In this document: positions 1 to 10,232 of the stretch, one piece after another | Layout: the number at the start of each line of letters is the position of its first letter | Numbering within the stretch: position 1 is the stretch's first letter | Origin: Diadema setosum | Taxonomy: Eukaryota | NCBI RefSeq assembly: GCF_964275005.1 | Contig: NC_092705.1 | Location: forward strand, 2,914,001-2,976,000 | DNA length: 62,000 nt | Direction of reading: 5' to 3' | Program-made: the position numbers and the translations under genes | The notes under the pieces: model-generated | The model's input: only the letters and a program-made list of their open reading frames with translations | Database searches by the model: none | What the model was told of the DNA's origin: nothing

Positions 1-171
1 CTATGTGAATTGTGAGTATGTGAAGATATACATGTGGTTTTTTTTTATTTTTTATTGTATTTGCTGGATTTATATTACTCCTGAAATTTTAGGGAAATAC
101 AGTTGAATTTTGAGCACAGTCATGTACTAGGTGAGAGTTATGACAACTGTTTGGACTTCAAAGCCAAATTG

Positions 172-173
<2 letters not shown>

Positions 174-206
<33 letters not shown>
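174..206. repeat. (TG)n microsatellite, slightly longer in copy 2 at ~56258-56297
   Basis: Direct reading. Confidence 0.95.
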
Positions 207-208
<2 letters not shown>

Positions 209-660
209 TATTTGTTTCTTTGTTGTTTGTTACCATGTCAGAGAGAGTTGCCTTAGATGTGTGTGCTTTGGTGTTGAATATACAATTAATTCATACAAGT
301 CTTCTGATTTTCCTCGTTACACATTTTGCGCACAACAACAAAAAAGCCCCTCATATATTATTTTTTTTTTTTATAATTACATTCACTTCAAGGTATGTGA
401 AGGCTGTGATGATACTGCCCACCCTCAAGACAAAGACACACCTAAAAAGTATTTATGGTTTGGTCCATTTATTTTCATATTATAAGAAAGAAATGTTGAT
501 ATCGATAGGGTATCCAAATGATACTATGAAGAATGACTTTGCATTCATTTAGCCCAATAGGCATTTTCCAATGACTGCCTGTGGACTGTCACAGTGGTTA
601 CATACTGAGAAAAAGCATCTTGTAAAATCTCTCCTTATATTTTCATCAACATAAGAACTC

Positions 661-700
661 TTTTTTATGCCTCCGCCAACGAAGTGGCCGGAGGCATTAT
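661..700 (+). mobile_element. Helentron/HINE (DINE-1-like) 5' head fragment; copy at ~56749-56788
   Basis: TTTTTT ATGCCTCCGCC-AACGAAGT-GGCCGGAGGCAT TAT: a T-run followed by a subterminal hairpin (ATGCCTCCG/CGGAGGCAT), the layout of Helentron-associated non-autonomous elements. Confidence 0.6.
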
Positions 701-1099
701 TTCTTGCCTGTCACTTTAATGTTGTGGATTTCATTCATAACAATTCCTCCTTGTAGCCAATTTTTCTTCGGGTCTGAAAACTAAGACTACAGATTTGTTT
801 TGAAAAAAACTTACTCACTGTGATCCTTTCATCCCAATTTCATTACCTTGATCAGGAAATGCTATTTTTGTTGTTGTTGTTGTTGTTGAGGCATGATTTA
901 AAGTGGAAATTTGCATTAGTGCCTTGGGAAAGGAGTAATAAAAGCAAAAGACATGCCCCCTAAAACAATGGTAATCCCAAGCTTGCTGTTTTTTGTTTGT
1001 TTGTTTTTTGTCCATGCAAAAGCAGTTCTCTGACAAAAAAGGTTAGAATGTACAGAATGAGCCTGGAGCCTGGCATTATGCACTTGTCGTATATCTAAA

Positions 1100-1340
1100 G
1101 AATTACAAGGCACCAGCAGACGCGCTGTCTGCCGGAAAATCATTAACCCACTCTCTTTAACCCGGATCACGTGACGCCCGGCCCCACTCCCCTTTCTCCG
1201 TCGCATTCTGGATGGCGTCCAACTCCCGCTTTATATTCGTGGCTCGCCCCAGATCCCGTCTGCGCGGTGCAAATCCAGGCGTAAGTCATGCGAAATTGGA
1301 GCACTCGTTTGGCGACCGGCCCCTGGATGCTCGCATTATG
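1100..1340. promoter_or_regulatory. Candidate cis-regulatory module (copy at ~57190-57430)
   Basis: GC/CpG-rich island in AT-rich flanks, with a TCACGTGAC E-box (USF/MiT-type) at ~1167-1175. No indels between the two copies. Confidence 0.35.
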
Positions 1341-2017
1341 TTATCATTCCTTCTTTTGTTATTGATATCATTATGTATATATGCTGGAAATTTGAGGGTG
1401 GGGTGGTGTTGAGAGCCGTGATTGGAATTTTTAATCATTTTCCTAATAGTATTGAGTAAAGCGGTGCCATGGACAGATATTAAACATTACTGAGCGAGCC
1501 ATTATTCCCCCATTTGCTGTCTAGTGTTCCCCAAGTCGTTAAGGTGTATTTCCGATCTGCTGACCTCCAAATTTCTAGTGAAAGTTTGCCTCGATATGTC
1601 GAAACTTGATGAGCTACTGAAATTAAAAAAAAAAAAATAAGGATGTAATGATACACAATAACATTACTATCTCTATGTCACCCTCATTTCTGTGCATTTG
1701 ACTATTTGTATTATCACTGTGAGTATTAGTTGTGTTCAAAAATCTAAATCTAACGTAGGAGTTATTTTTGTAAGCTTTGACAATAGCTTTATAAAATCTT
1801 CCTGGTAGTGATTTGCCTTCTGCAAGCGTGAATGGACATTGTAATTTACGAAAATTCTGTTTTGTTTTCCCTCAAATAGTAAAACAGAAACAAAACTATT
1901 ACTAGTAAATGATTTTTAGAAATGATTTTACCAAAAATGGACTTAACAGACACATTGCTCTGTAGCTTTCTTTCGGCAAAGACCAAGATTATGAATATAG
2001 TCTGATGTAAGACTTAA

Positions 2018-2403
2018 AGGGATGGTACAGTATTGGTGGAGATGAGAATTGGGCTTTTAACTTTTTGCGAGATACCAAGAAAACACTTATGATATAGTAC
2101 AGAGCATACCATTTTAAGAGGAATTCAAAGTTTATGTGATGAAAATCAGGTTTGCAATTACTGAAACATCCAAAAACAAAGTAAAACAAAGCGATCGCAA
2201 TGAAGTGTGGGTCCCACACTTTATTAGAATCGCTCTTTTTTTGGTATCTCAGCCATTTTGCAACCAATCTTCATCAAATAAACGTTGAATTCCTCATAGA
2301 ATTACATATGCTCTTTCATGTTTCATTGTTGAGGTTTCTCATTATCTCACCAAAAAAAGTTAGAAACCTGAAATTAGGTCTCAACCAAAACTATATGTTC
2401 CCT
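2018..2403. mobile_element. 386-bp foldback MITE with TTAA target-site duplication and AGGG...CCCT termini (Kolobok-like); absent from the duplicate copy
   Basis: TTAA at 2014-2017 and 2404-2407. Imperfect TIRs: AGGGATGGTACAGTATTGGT versus AGGGAACATATAGTTTTGGT (reverse complement). The equivalent site in copy 2 has a single TTAA at 58101-58104. Confidence 0.93.
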
Positions 2404-3246
2404 TTAATATATTTTCTCTACTTCCTGTTCATTAGGCATCATGTGCGTTTTGTTCTTGTTATTTTGTTTTCATCCTGGGTAGGGGTGCCGGTGTGGTGCT
2501 CTGATCAATAATTCTGCCTGAGTGAGGAATTTGGCGCTTCCTTCTTTGTCTCTTGGCAATCATTAGAATATCGAGGAGTGAGGAACCTCGGCATTTCCTG
2601 CCTCTTGCAAACCGGGACTTTGTTTTCAACAGGAGGATCACGTACAGCCATGTTCCATGGCATTATAAAATGTTGATGTTCATCAAGGCAAATTGAAACT
2701 GGCTGTCTGTGATTTGTGTTAAGAATGAGGCAACCCTGGTTTTTCTCTCTCATTTTTTATCATCATTCTTTTTGTGTTTTCACTTGCAAGCTTCCCACGC
2801 ATTTTATTGAAGCGTAAACCGTTCATCGAACAGGAACTTGGTGGAATCCTGACGAGTCGGAAGCCAATGATCCAATTGTTCTATCTCCGCGGAATCGCAA
2901 TTCGTCGTAATTGATTGTGCGCTATTCGAGGGGTTCGGTGTCACCCGTTCAATCCTGAGAATTCCTCCCCTCGTTCGGCTGACCTGGTACAATTTGTTTG
3001 GAGGCATGTCACCACTTAAGTCTGAATCTGTTGCCAACTTGTATCTCATTTACCGAGAATGGCTTTGAAATTGCTGTTGCTTGTGCAACATGTGGTGGTT
3101 GGGGGGGGGGGGGGGAATGCTGGCATTTTTTGGGGGGAGGGGGGTCTTGCATGAAGTTGTGCAATTTTTCTGACAATTTGTATTTGTTTACAGTGTGACT
3201 CCCCCCTCTTAGAGTATGATATGAAAATGATAGTTCCTTTCATTAA

Positions 3247-3634
3247 AGGGATCGCATAGTTTTGGTTGAGATGGGTGATTCAGATTGTAACCTTTTGCGA
3301 GATAATTAAAAACCCCTTACAAAATATCACAGCGCATACAATTTTAAGAGGACTAAAAAGTATTTTTGTTGACAATTGGTTTTGAAATGGCAGAGATATC
3401 CAAAACACAAAGCAAAACAAAGTGGTCCGAATAAAAGGTGGGTCCCGCCTTTTATCAGGACCTCTTTGTTTTTAGATATCTCAGCCATTTCAGAAAAAAA
3501 TTCATCAAATAAACTTTGAATTCCTCTTAGCATTGTACGCTACTTAATGTTTCATATAGTGTAAGTGGTTTCCAATTATCTCACAAAAAGTTAAAATTTG
3601 AATTCCCCATCTCAACAGAAACTATACCATCCCT
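3247..3634. mobile_element. Kolobok-like TTAA foldback MITE, same family
   Basis: TTAA|AGGGATCGCATAGTTTTGGTTGAGATGGG ... CCCATCTCAACAGAAACTATACCATCCCT|TTAA. Internally palindromic around ATAAAAGGTGGGTCCCGCCTTTTAT. Confidence 0.9.
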
Positions 3635-3795
3635 TTAACGCTCTCCAGCCCGCTGACTCATCCCATTACATTGGTTATTCTATTAATGTCCAAGTGTCCA
3701 AGATAGAAATTTAGCCTTGCTTCTTTTGAAAGATCATCATACATGTGGTTTTCAAGAACAAAAATCACACATTCATGGGCAGACATACAGACAAA

Positions 3796-4351
3796 CAAGA
3801 TATTCAGGTGTAAGTTTCTTCAATTTGTCTCCCTCTACAAATGAAATTTGTTAAGAGTGCAACTGCTGATCTGTAAATTAACACAAACATGTCAGAAAAA
3901 AGAAATGGGTGGGACTCGAACCTGTCATCTACTGCTTTCCGGGCAGCGACACTACCACCAGGCTGTCCCCGGTTGCCGGCAGTGACACGATGAACATGGA
4001 ACAAATACCCAAGCTCCGAAATTCCGACCTTCACCCCTCTGAATAATATCTTACTTTCATGTAGTATGCCTTGTCCGCCTTGGACTACTTAACATAACAA
4101 TGTCTGAATTTCGAAGCTTGGGAATTTGTTCCAAGTTCATCGCGTCACTGCCGGCAACCAGGGACAGCCTGGTGGTAGTGTCGCTGCCCGGAAAGCAGTA
4201 GATGACAGGTTCGAGTCCCACTGGTTCCTTTTTTCCGACATGTTTGCTAATCTACAGATCAGCAGTTGCGATCTTAACAAATTTCATTTGTAGAGGGAGA
4301 CAAATTGGAGAAACTTACACCTGAACCTTCACCGCTCTGAATAATATCTTG
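3796..4351. mobile_element. Inverted plus partially tandem tRNA-like-containing element (Penelope-like architecture, non-autonomous)
   Basis: 3803-4028 is the reverse complement of 4102-4325. CCTTCACC(C/G)CTCTGAATAATATCTT is directly repeated at 4028-4052 and 4326-4350. No target-site duplication is evident. Confidence 0.75.
4154..4234 (+). ncRNA. tRNA-like (pseudo-tRNA) Pol III cassette inside the repeat; mirror copy on the minus strand at ~3896-3977
   Basis: Acceptor-like stem AACCAG (4156-4161)/CTGGTT (4221-4226). A-box-like CAGCCTGGTGG. Stem-loop GCTGC-CCGGAAA-GCAGT. Canonical B-box GGTTCGAGTCC (4208-4218). T6 terminator (4229-4234). The D and T arms are imperfect, so this is not called a functional tRNA. 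Confidence 0.6.
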
Positions 4352-4535
4352 CTATCAAACAAAATATTCACAAATGTAAAATCTGTTGTCTTGTTTCCTT
4401 TTCAAGAGAAAGGTTCAATTCCATTTGTAGAAATGCCTCTGTGCCTTATACTTTGTCTGATATTTAAAAGTGTCCCCATTTCCCCCTATGTCTTTCTTGC
4501 CACTCCCCTACTAACAGTTTCCTTACGTTCTTTAA

Positions 4536-4620
4536 CCCATTGAGGATGGGCTGATTGTGCTACAATATCCATTTCCCATAGACACCTGCGTGAATATACT
4601 CTGGACTGGTCTTCAGTGGG
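4536..4620. mobile_element. ~85-bp piggyBac-like mini-MITE (TTAA|CCC...GGG|TTAA)
   Basis: TTAA at 4532-4535 and 4621-4624. TIR CCCATTGAGGA / TCTTCAGTGGG. Confidence 0.85.
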
Positions 4621-7600
4621 TTAAATCCAACCAATATGAGATGGAAAGGCAGACAACTTCCTATTTTTTTCTGCCAATTCAGATCTCACAATCTCTCCCG
4701 GTGAATCTCTTCCTCGTCCCATAAACAGATGATTTACCTCCGCAACATCTCTTTCTTCTGTGTATCAAATTGTTCGTCAAAGTGCTGGGGCATCATTCGA
4801 TACCTCAATTTTTGTCTCCTTTCTTTAGTCTTTTCTTCTTCTTGAGGAAGGGGGGGGGGGGGAGAGGGGTGAGGAGGAAAATGTCTGTGCCTGTTTGGGA
4901 GTATCGGGAGCGTTGTCTCCTTTGCCCAAATTAACGGTGCTCTTTGGGCAAAGTGAGAAGTGATGATTGCCATGCACACTTTCTTTGATATGACCGCCGG
5001 AGGGCAAATGCACCCATCCACCCCCATTCTTTTTCTCTCTCAGTTCTCCCCCTTTCTCCTTGTCTTTTTTCTCTCCTCTCTATTTAAAGATGCTTTCTCT
5101 TCCCCACATTTAGAGGGAGTGCATTTCATTAGTATCGCTTTCCATTTTGTCTTGTTTTGGGTTTTTTTTTTTTTTTTTTTTTTGGCATTGAGTATGTGCC
5201 TGGCAACACGTATCAGTGAATGGAGTGGTATTTGTGCCGATTCTGGCATTTCAAAGTAGGTTTTGAATTTGATTTTAAATATGAAAAGTACGGCCCATAT
5301 GCCTGGGGATGGGGAAGGGGGGAGTGAATAGGATATGTCTGATGATTGTTACCATTGTAACAACAGTTTTTGTCAGTGCTAGTCAATGTAGCTTTGAGCA
5401 GAGTTGAATTCTTTGTGTATGTTTGTAATTGCTTCACACAATGCTTTTGGGTTTGCATGAGGATATAAGATATTGAATCTGGCATTTTGTATAGTATCTT
5501 AAACACACACACCCACATATTATGGGACATCTATATAGTTATTAATAAATATGCCTACACACTCATACCTTTGCTGCAGGTGGTACCGTACCCCTCCTCC
5601 CCTTTTTCTCTCTTTCTATCTCTCTCTGTCTCGGTTCTGTGATCTTTCAGAATGTCAGTTATCGTTATTTGCCCAGCTTCTCGGCCCGTGACAGACGTGT
5701 GCAACATGGATGCGATGATGGCTGCTGACCTGATCTATGCCGGTCTCTTTCCGTCGTCTTTCACCCATTTCTGGGGGAATTTTCGTGGATCTTGTCCATC
5801 TCCACCCTCTCTTTCCCTGCACTGTGCCACTGTCAATATTGGGCCTTCAGGGTCTCTCTCTCTCTCTCCTCCTCACCAAACCTGAAAATGGTCAAACACA
5901 GTCATGTTTCCCTTCCATTGTGATGATACTTCTTTGAGAATTCACGCTTCTCCTCAACTCTTCAAAGATGCTATTGTATTGTTTATTTATTTATTTTTTT
6001 TTTTGTCTAGTACCGATCTCTGTCTTTGGGGACAACATTTCCAATATCTACACCGGGCATCAAATAAAAATCCTCACTCTGTGAAGTGCCCCCCTCCTTA
6101 GTTCACTTGTGATCAACAAGTGTGGAAACTTTGGAGCCCTCGTCAGCTCTGCGGCAACTGTAATAAGTCCCCCACAGGTAGCCGTGTTTGCCAGGTTGCG
6201 CTGAGTGTGAAAGTGGACCTCATCACCAGGGATACGAGGGAAAAGAGAGTGTAGCAGCCCTGTGTACACTTTTCCTGCGACTGCCAATTGATGAACGCGT
6301 TCCACAAATCTGGCAATTGCTGGCGCAAATGAAACTGCATTCGTCACCAGTGATGCCACTTTTAGAGAAGATAAACAAGACGATTGATCACCGAATACAC
6401 TTTATTATTTTTTCCAGGTAAAATCTATGTGATGTCCTGTTCAGTTGAAGGTGCCCAGTACTATCAAAGGTTATATGCCTTACACAAGAGGCTGATCAAG
6501 TGTCTGACAATACCTCGATTTGCTCAAACTTGTTGTGAAGACACCTCCAGAGCAAGAGTTCACAGAGGAAGTAAAGATACACATAGTTTATTGAGATATA
6601 TTAATTTTGATTGTAAAACTGGAATGCAAGTTAAATGGTTGGAATATATGTGCAAAAGGTTCTACGCTGGTGCTTGCGGAGTAATGCAAGTGACATTTTT
6701 TCTAGAAAAGTGGAGAGGTGTACAATGTGAATGCTTTTGGAAACCAGAAATCAAGCTCACCCCCCCTCCCCAGGGGGAAAAAAAGGATAAAAATGCATGA
6801 AGGAGAGGAGAAAAAGAAAATTGTTATCAGAAGCAGATATCATCTCAAACATTCTGAGACGTATATTCCACATTTGACATCTCTCTGACAAAATCCATTG
6901 CCCTCGTCTCGTCTCGGATCGTAACTCTACTTGTTACTTTTGATTCCTGTGGAAAAGGCACTCATCCCCGCATCTTTGCCAATTTTGTTGATGCATTTTG
7001 CGAGCATTGTTATCCAGGGGACCTTCTTTTTTTCTTCAGTTGTAGCAATTTTAGGTTGCATGTAGACAGATGTAGGACATGTTCTGCAGGGGACAAAGGC
7101 TCAGTCTTGTGCATATAAAAAAGAAAAGAAAATCAAGAGCAGAGACAAAAAGTACATTTGTGCGCCATAACATGAGAAATTGAGTAAGTCTTGATGTAAA
7201 TTAGGTTTTGCAGTTACGTCTCTTGATACTCTGAGAGTGAAAGCATACCATGTGCACATAGCATATTCACATAATTAATAAGAAAGGGGATGGAAAGGAA
7301 AAGATTAGGGCTGGGGTTGAAGTCAGGAATGGGGGGGGGGAAGAAGAAGAAAACATTGTTCACTCAGGGGAGGGTTTGCACGATCAGATCAGATCCTTAA
7401 AAAATCTGTTGATGTCCTTGATTGGTGATGGTTATTAACATTTGTAATTAGCTACATGTAGCATGAAATCTGTTTGTTGTTGTTTTTTTCACCTCTTTTG
7501 ACGGAAGCTGTTTGAGATGTTTTTGACATTGTGCTGGAATCTCCTTGTAAAACTTGGGGGATTTTGGGGATGACACAAATGAATGACTAGTGATACAGTA

Positions 7601-7897
7601 GGATGTATTTAGGATCAATTGAGGCTGTTTGGGTTTCCCCCTTATTTCTAGCAATGTCAGCAGTTTATTTTTAGTTCTGAATTAGGGGGCACTCGCCGAG
7701 GTTGCCAAGCTGTCTTCACAAAATCTGAGATAGAAAAAAAAAATGTGTTTAATGTTTGCATGTATTGCACATGTTTATTAAAAAGATGATATGTGAGCAT
7801 AACTGGGTTTGTTGTGAAAGAATTAGAAATCAAAGTAAGAAAAGAAAATAGATTGAACGGGAAGGAGAATATTTATATATTCGAAGGATACTCTTAA

Positions 7898-7984
7898 CCC
7901 ATTGAGGACAAGTCCCAAGTATATACCCGGGCAAGCGTCTATGAAAAATGCATGTTGTAGCAAAATCAAACCGTCCTCAACGGG
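7898..7984. mobile_element. piggyBac-like mini-MITE, opposite orientation to 4536
   Basis: TTAA|CCCATTGAGGAC...GTCCTCAACGGG|TTAA. Confidence 0.88.
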
Positions 7985-8046
7985 TTAATGATTATATAAA
8001 AAAAGTGAAATGGGTAAAATTAAAAGTAACAGGTCTACACTCAGGA

Positions 8047-8051
<5 letters not shown>

Positions 8052-8111
<60 letters not shown>

Positions 8112-8138
8112 ACACGCATATACACCATAGATATATGT

Positions 8139-8183
<45 letters not shown>

Positions 8184-8194
8184 CGCGTGTGTGT
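8052..8194. repeat. (CA)n tract facing a (TG)n/(CG)n tract (self-complementary compound microsatellite)
   Basis: (CA)n at ~8052-8116, a short spacer, then (TG)n at ~8136-8175, followed by (CG)n and more TG. Confidence 0.95.
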
Positions 8195-9649
8195 ATAATA
8201 TACATACATATCCAGCCATGTATGAATGTGTGCAATGAGATATATATTCATGAACTTAGTCATTGATAGATGTGTACACATTGTACCTAACAGTTTGCAG
8301 TATGCTTCATGTGCAACATATGTTTTTCCTCATTAAAGATAAATGCAAACATGATTGTCTATTCTTCTTTGTATTTGCCTTTGCCATTTAATGGGTCAAA
8401 ATTAAATTCCAAGGGTGATTTGCCCCCCTCCAAGTTTACATTGTGTACTGAAATGCAAATTAGAGCTACTTATAATAAAATGGCAATTTAGCAGTTAACT
8501 GCTAAATTGAAACAGCCTGGCCATACGTCAACAGGCACAATGTACTGGACAGACCTGTGCCAGCTGAATTAGTGTCAAATTTAATGTTGTGATATTTGAT
8601 GAATTGCCGCATGATCCTTTTTTTCAGAGGCACTGGCGGGGTGGGGAAGGCTGGGGTGGTGTTGGAAGCCTTTTTGTTGTGGCAGGAAATCGAACATTAG
8701 TGTTGACACACATGTATTTTAATTGAGGTAATGTTTAACAGGAAGCGTGTTACCCCCATTGCTGGTTGACGGCTCATTAATCTTGGCTATGTCAATAAAA
8801 ATGCTGCCCTTATAGAGCAACACACACACACACACACACATATATATACATATATATACACTGGGTGACAGGGAGATCGTGTTCAAGAGAGAAAAAGGGA
8901 AAAAGAAGGGTACTGGCCAAATTCTAGATATACAATGTATTAATGATTTCTATGAGCTTTTGTGAATGTGAATACATTGCTATGACAACGTTTAGTCATC
9001 ATGTATGTACTTCTCTCTTTTCCTGTTCTTTGAGGGGTTTTTTTTTTTTGGATATGTTTACACTTTTTTTTCTCCACATAAATTGTCTTCTTGACTCTCA
9101 TATTTTACTTACTTTGTTTCAAATATTTCAATTTTGGTTTTCTTTTCCATCCCCATTGTTCTCCAACCTTCTGTGATTACCCTGTGCAGAGTACATGTGT
9201 CTTTTTCACTGTTTGTTTGTCCGTGTGTGTGTTTTTTTTTTCTTTTTTGCAGCATGAAGTAATAACCAGGAAAGCCACTTTGTTTTTACTTTCTCTTCTT
9301 TAATACTGTAAATTTGCATAGATGCAAATCCCACTGATGATGATGATGATGCCAGGGGTTCCCTGGAAACTGAGATAATGTGTCCCATATTCTGACAAGC
9401 AAGTTTAAAAACTTTCTTTTCTAGAAATTATAGGCATGTCACTCTTAATGAGGCACATAACATGCGAATGTGTCCCTGATGTGCTCTTTGGAACACTGGC
9501 AGCCTTGGTGATTCTTGAAAGCAAGAGAATATTAATCATAGGGGCGATTCTTGTGTGTGAAAAGTAGCAACTCTGGTATATACTATGTACAAGGGTGGCC
9601 TAGACTTTATTTTGTTGGGATAGCTATATTTGCAAGCAATGGTATTTCG

Positions 9650-9860
9650 TTTTTTATGCCTCTGCCAAAAAGTATGCCAGAGGTGTAATGTTTACACAGG
9701 TTGTCTGTCTCTCTGCTGTCCCACATTGGACCATTGTGACCGAAGAATATGCGCTCAATAGATTTTTATGCCTCCACCCAGAGGGATGTGCTGAATGCAT
9801 AATGTCTTCAGGTTGTCCATCTGTCCATCCCTCGATTTGTCTGTTTGTCGGTCACATATC
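9650..9860 (+). mobile_element. Two degenerate Helentron/HINE-type heads in tandem
   Basis: TTTTTTTATGCCTCTGCC...AGAGGTGTAATGTTT...GGTTGTCTGTC and TTTTTATGCCTCCACC...GCATAATGTCTTCAGGTTGTCCATCTGTCC. Same head as 661-700, followed by (GTCC/GTCT)n-like microsatellite. Confidence 0.6.
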
Positions 9861-9961
9861 TGTCTATCGTAAACTGATATTTTGCTTCAGTACATGTACA
9901 ATGTATGTAGTGACAATTGATGGCAAACAGGCACCCATATTCATTTCTCACTAGTTGGAAA

Positions 9962-10142
9962 TACTTTAAAGCAAGATATATATATGTGGCATGAAATTTT
10001 TCGAGAATTTGAGCTGATGGCCTTTTCAAGGCATGAAATTTTCGCGAGTGACCACTGGTATTTGATGCATGCAGTGTAGACAAGAACTTTTGCGTGCATT
10101 TTTAATCTTGCAAATCTTGGCTCTTGCAAAATTAGCGGAATT
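9962..10142. mobile_element. Truncated reverse-orientation copy of the 54465-54671 MITE
   Basis: GGCATGAAATTTT...AGTGTAGACAAGAACTTTTGC...GCATTTTTAAT is the reverse complement of 54530-54650. Confidence 0.8.
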
Positions 10143-10145
10143 GGT

Positions 10146-10232
10146 CTGTTGAGGACAAGTCCCAAGTATACTCAGGCAGATGTCTATGATGGGAAATGCA
10201 TGTTGTAGCAAAATCAGTCCGTCCTCAACGGG
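10146..10232. mobile_element. piggyBac-like mini-MITE, left end eroded
   Basis: CTGTTGAGGACAAGTCCCAAGTATACTC...TGTTGTAGCAAAATCAGTCCGTCCTCAACGGG. Confidence 0.85.

Larger units (their letters stand above)
1..6340 (+). repeat. Copy 1 of a long direct duplication (matches 56079-62000; true boundaries extend beyond the window)
   Basis: Position 1 CTATGTGAATTGTGAG matches 56079, and 6321-6340 TGGCGCAAATGAAACTGCAT matches 61981-62000. The copies are colinear throughout, with scattered SNPs, microsatellite length changes and one 390-bp indel. Confidence 0.98.

Noticed and set aside
103..552. 149-aa ORF and overlapping ORFs
   Set aside because: Driven by (TG)n and T-runs, has a non-ATG start, and is frameshifted in the duplicate copy (56187..56570 / 56398..56640).
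3900..4226. Apparent compensatory change in the acceptor-like stem between arms (AACCGG/CCG.TT vs AACCAG/CTGGTT)
   Set aside because: Both changes are CpG deaminations of CCGG, so they are not independent evidence of selection on structure.
4154..4228. Functional tRNA gene (loop CCGGAAA, nominal GGA anticodon)
   Set aside because: Lacks U33, has weak D and T stems and no long variable arm as expected for tRNA-Ser, and is embedded in a dispersed repeat. Treated as a tRNA-like module.
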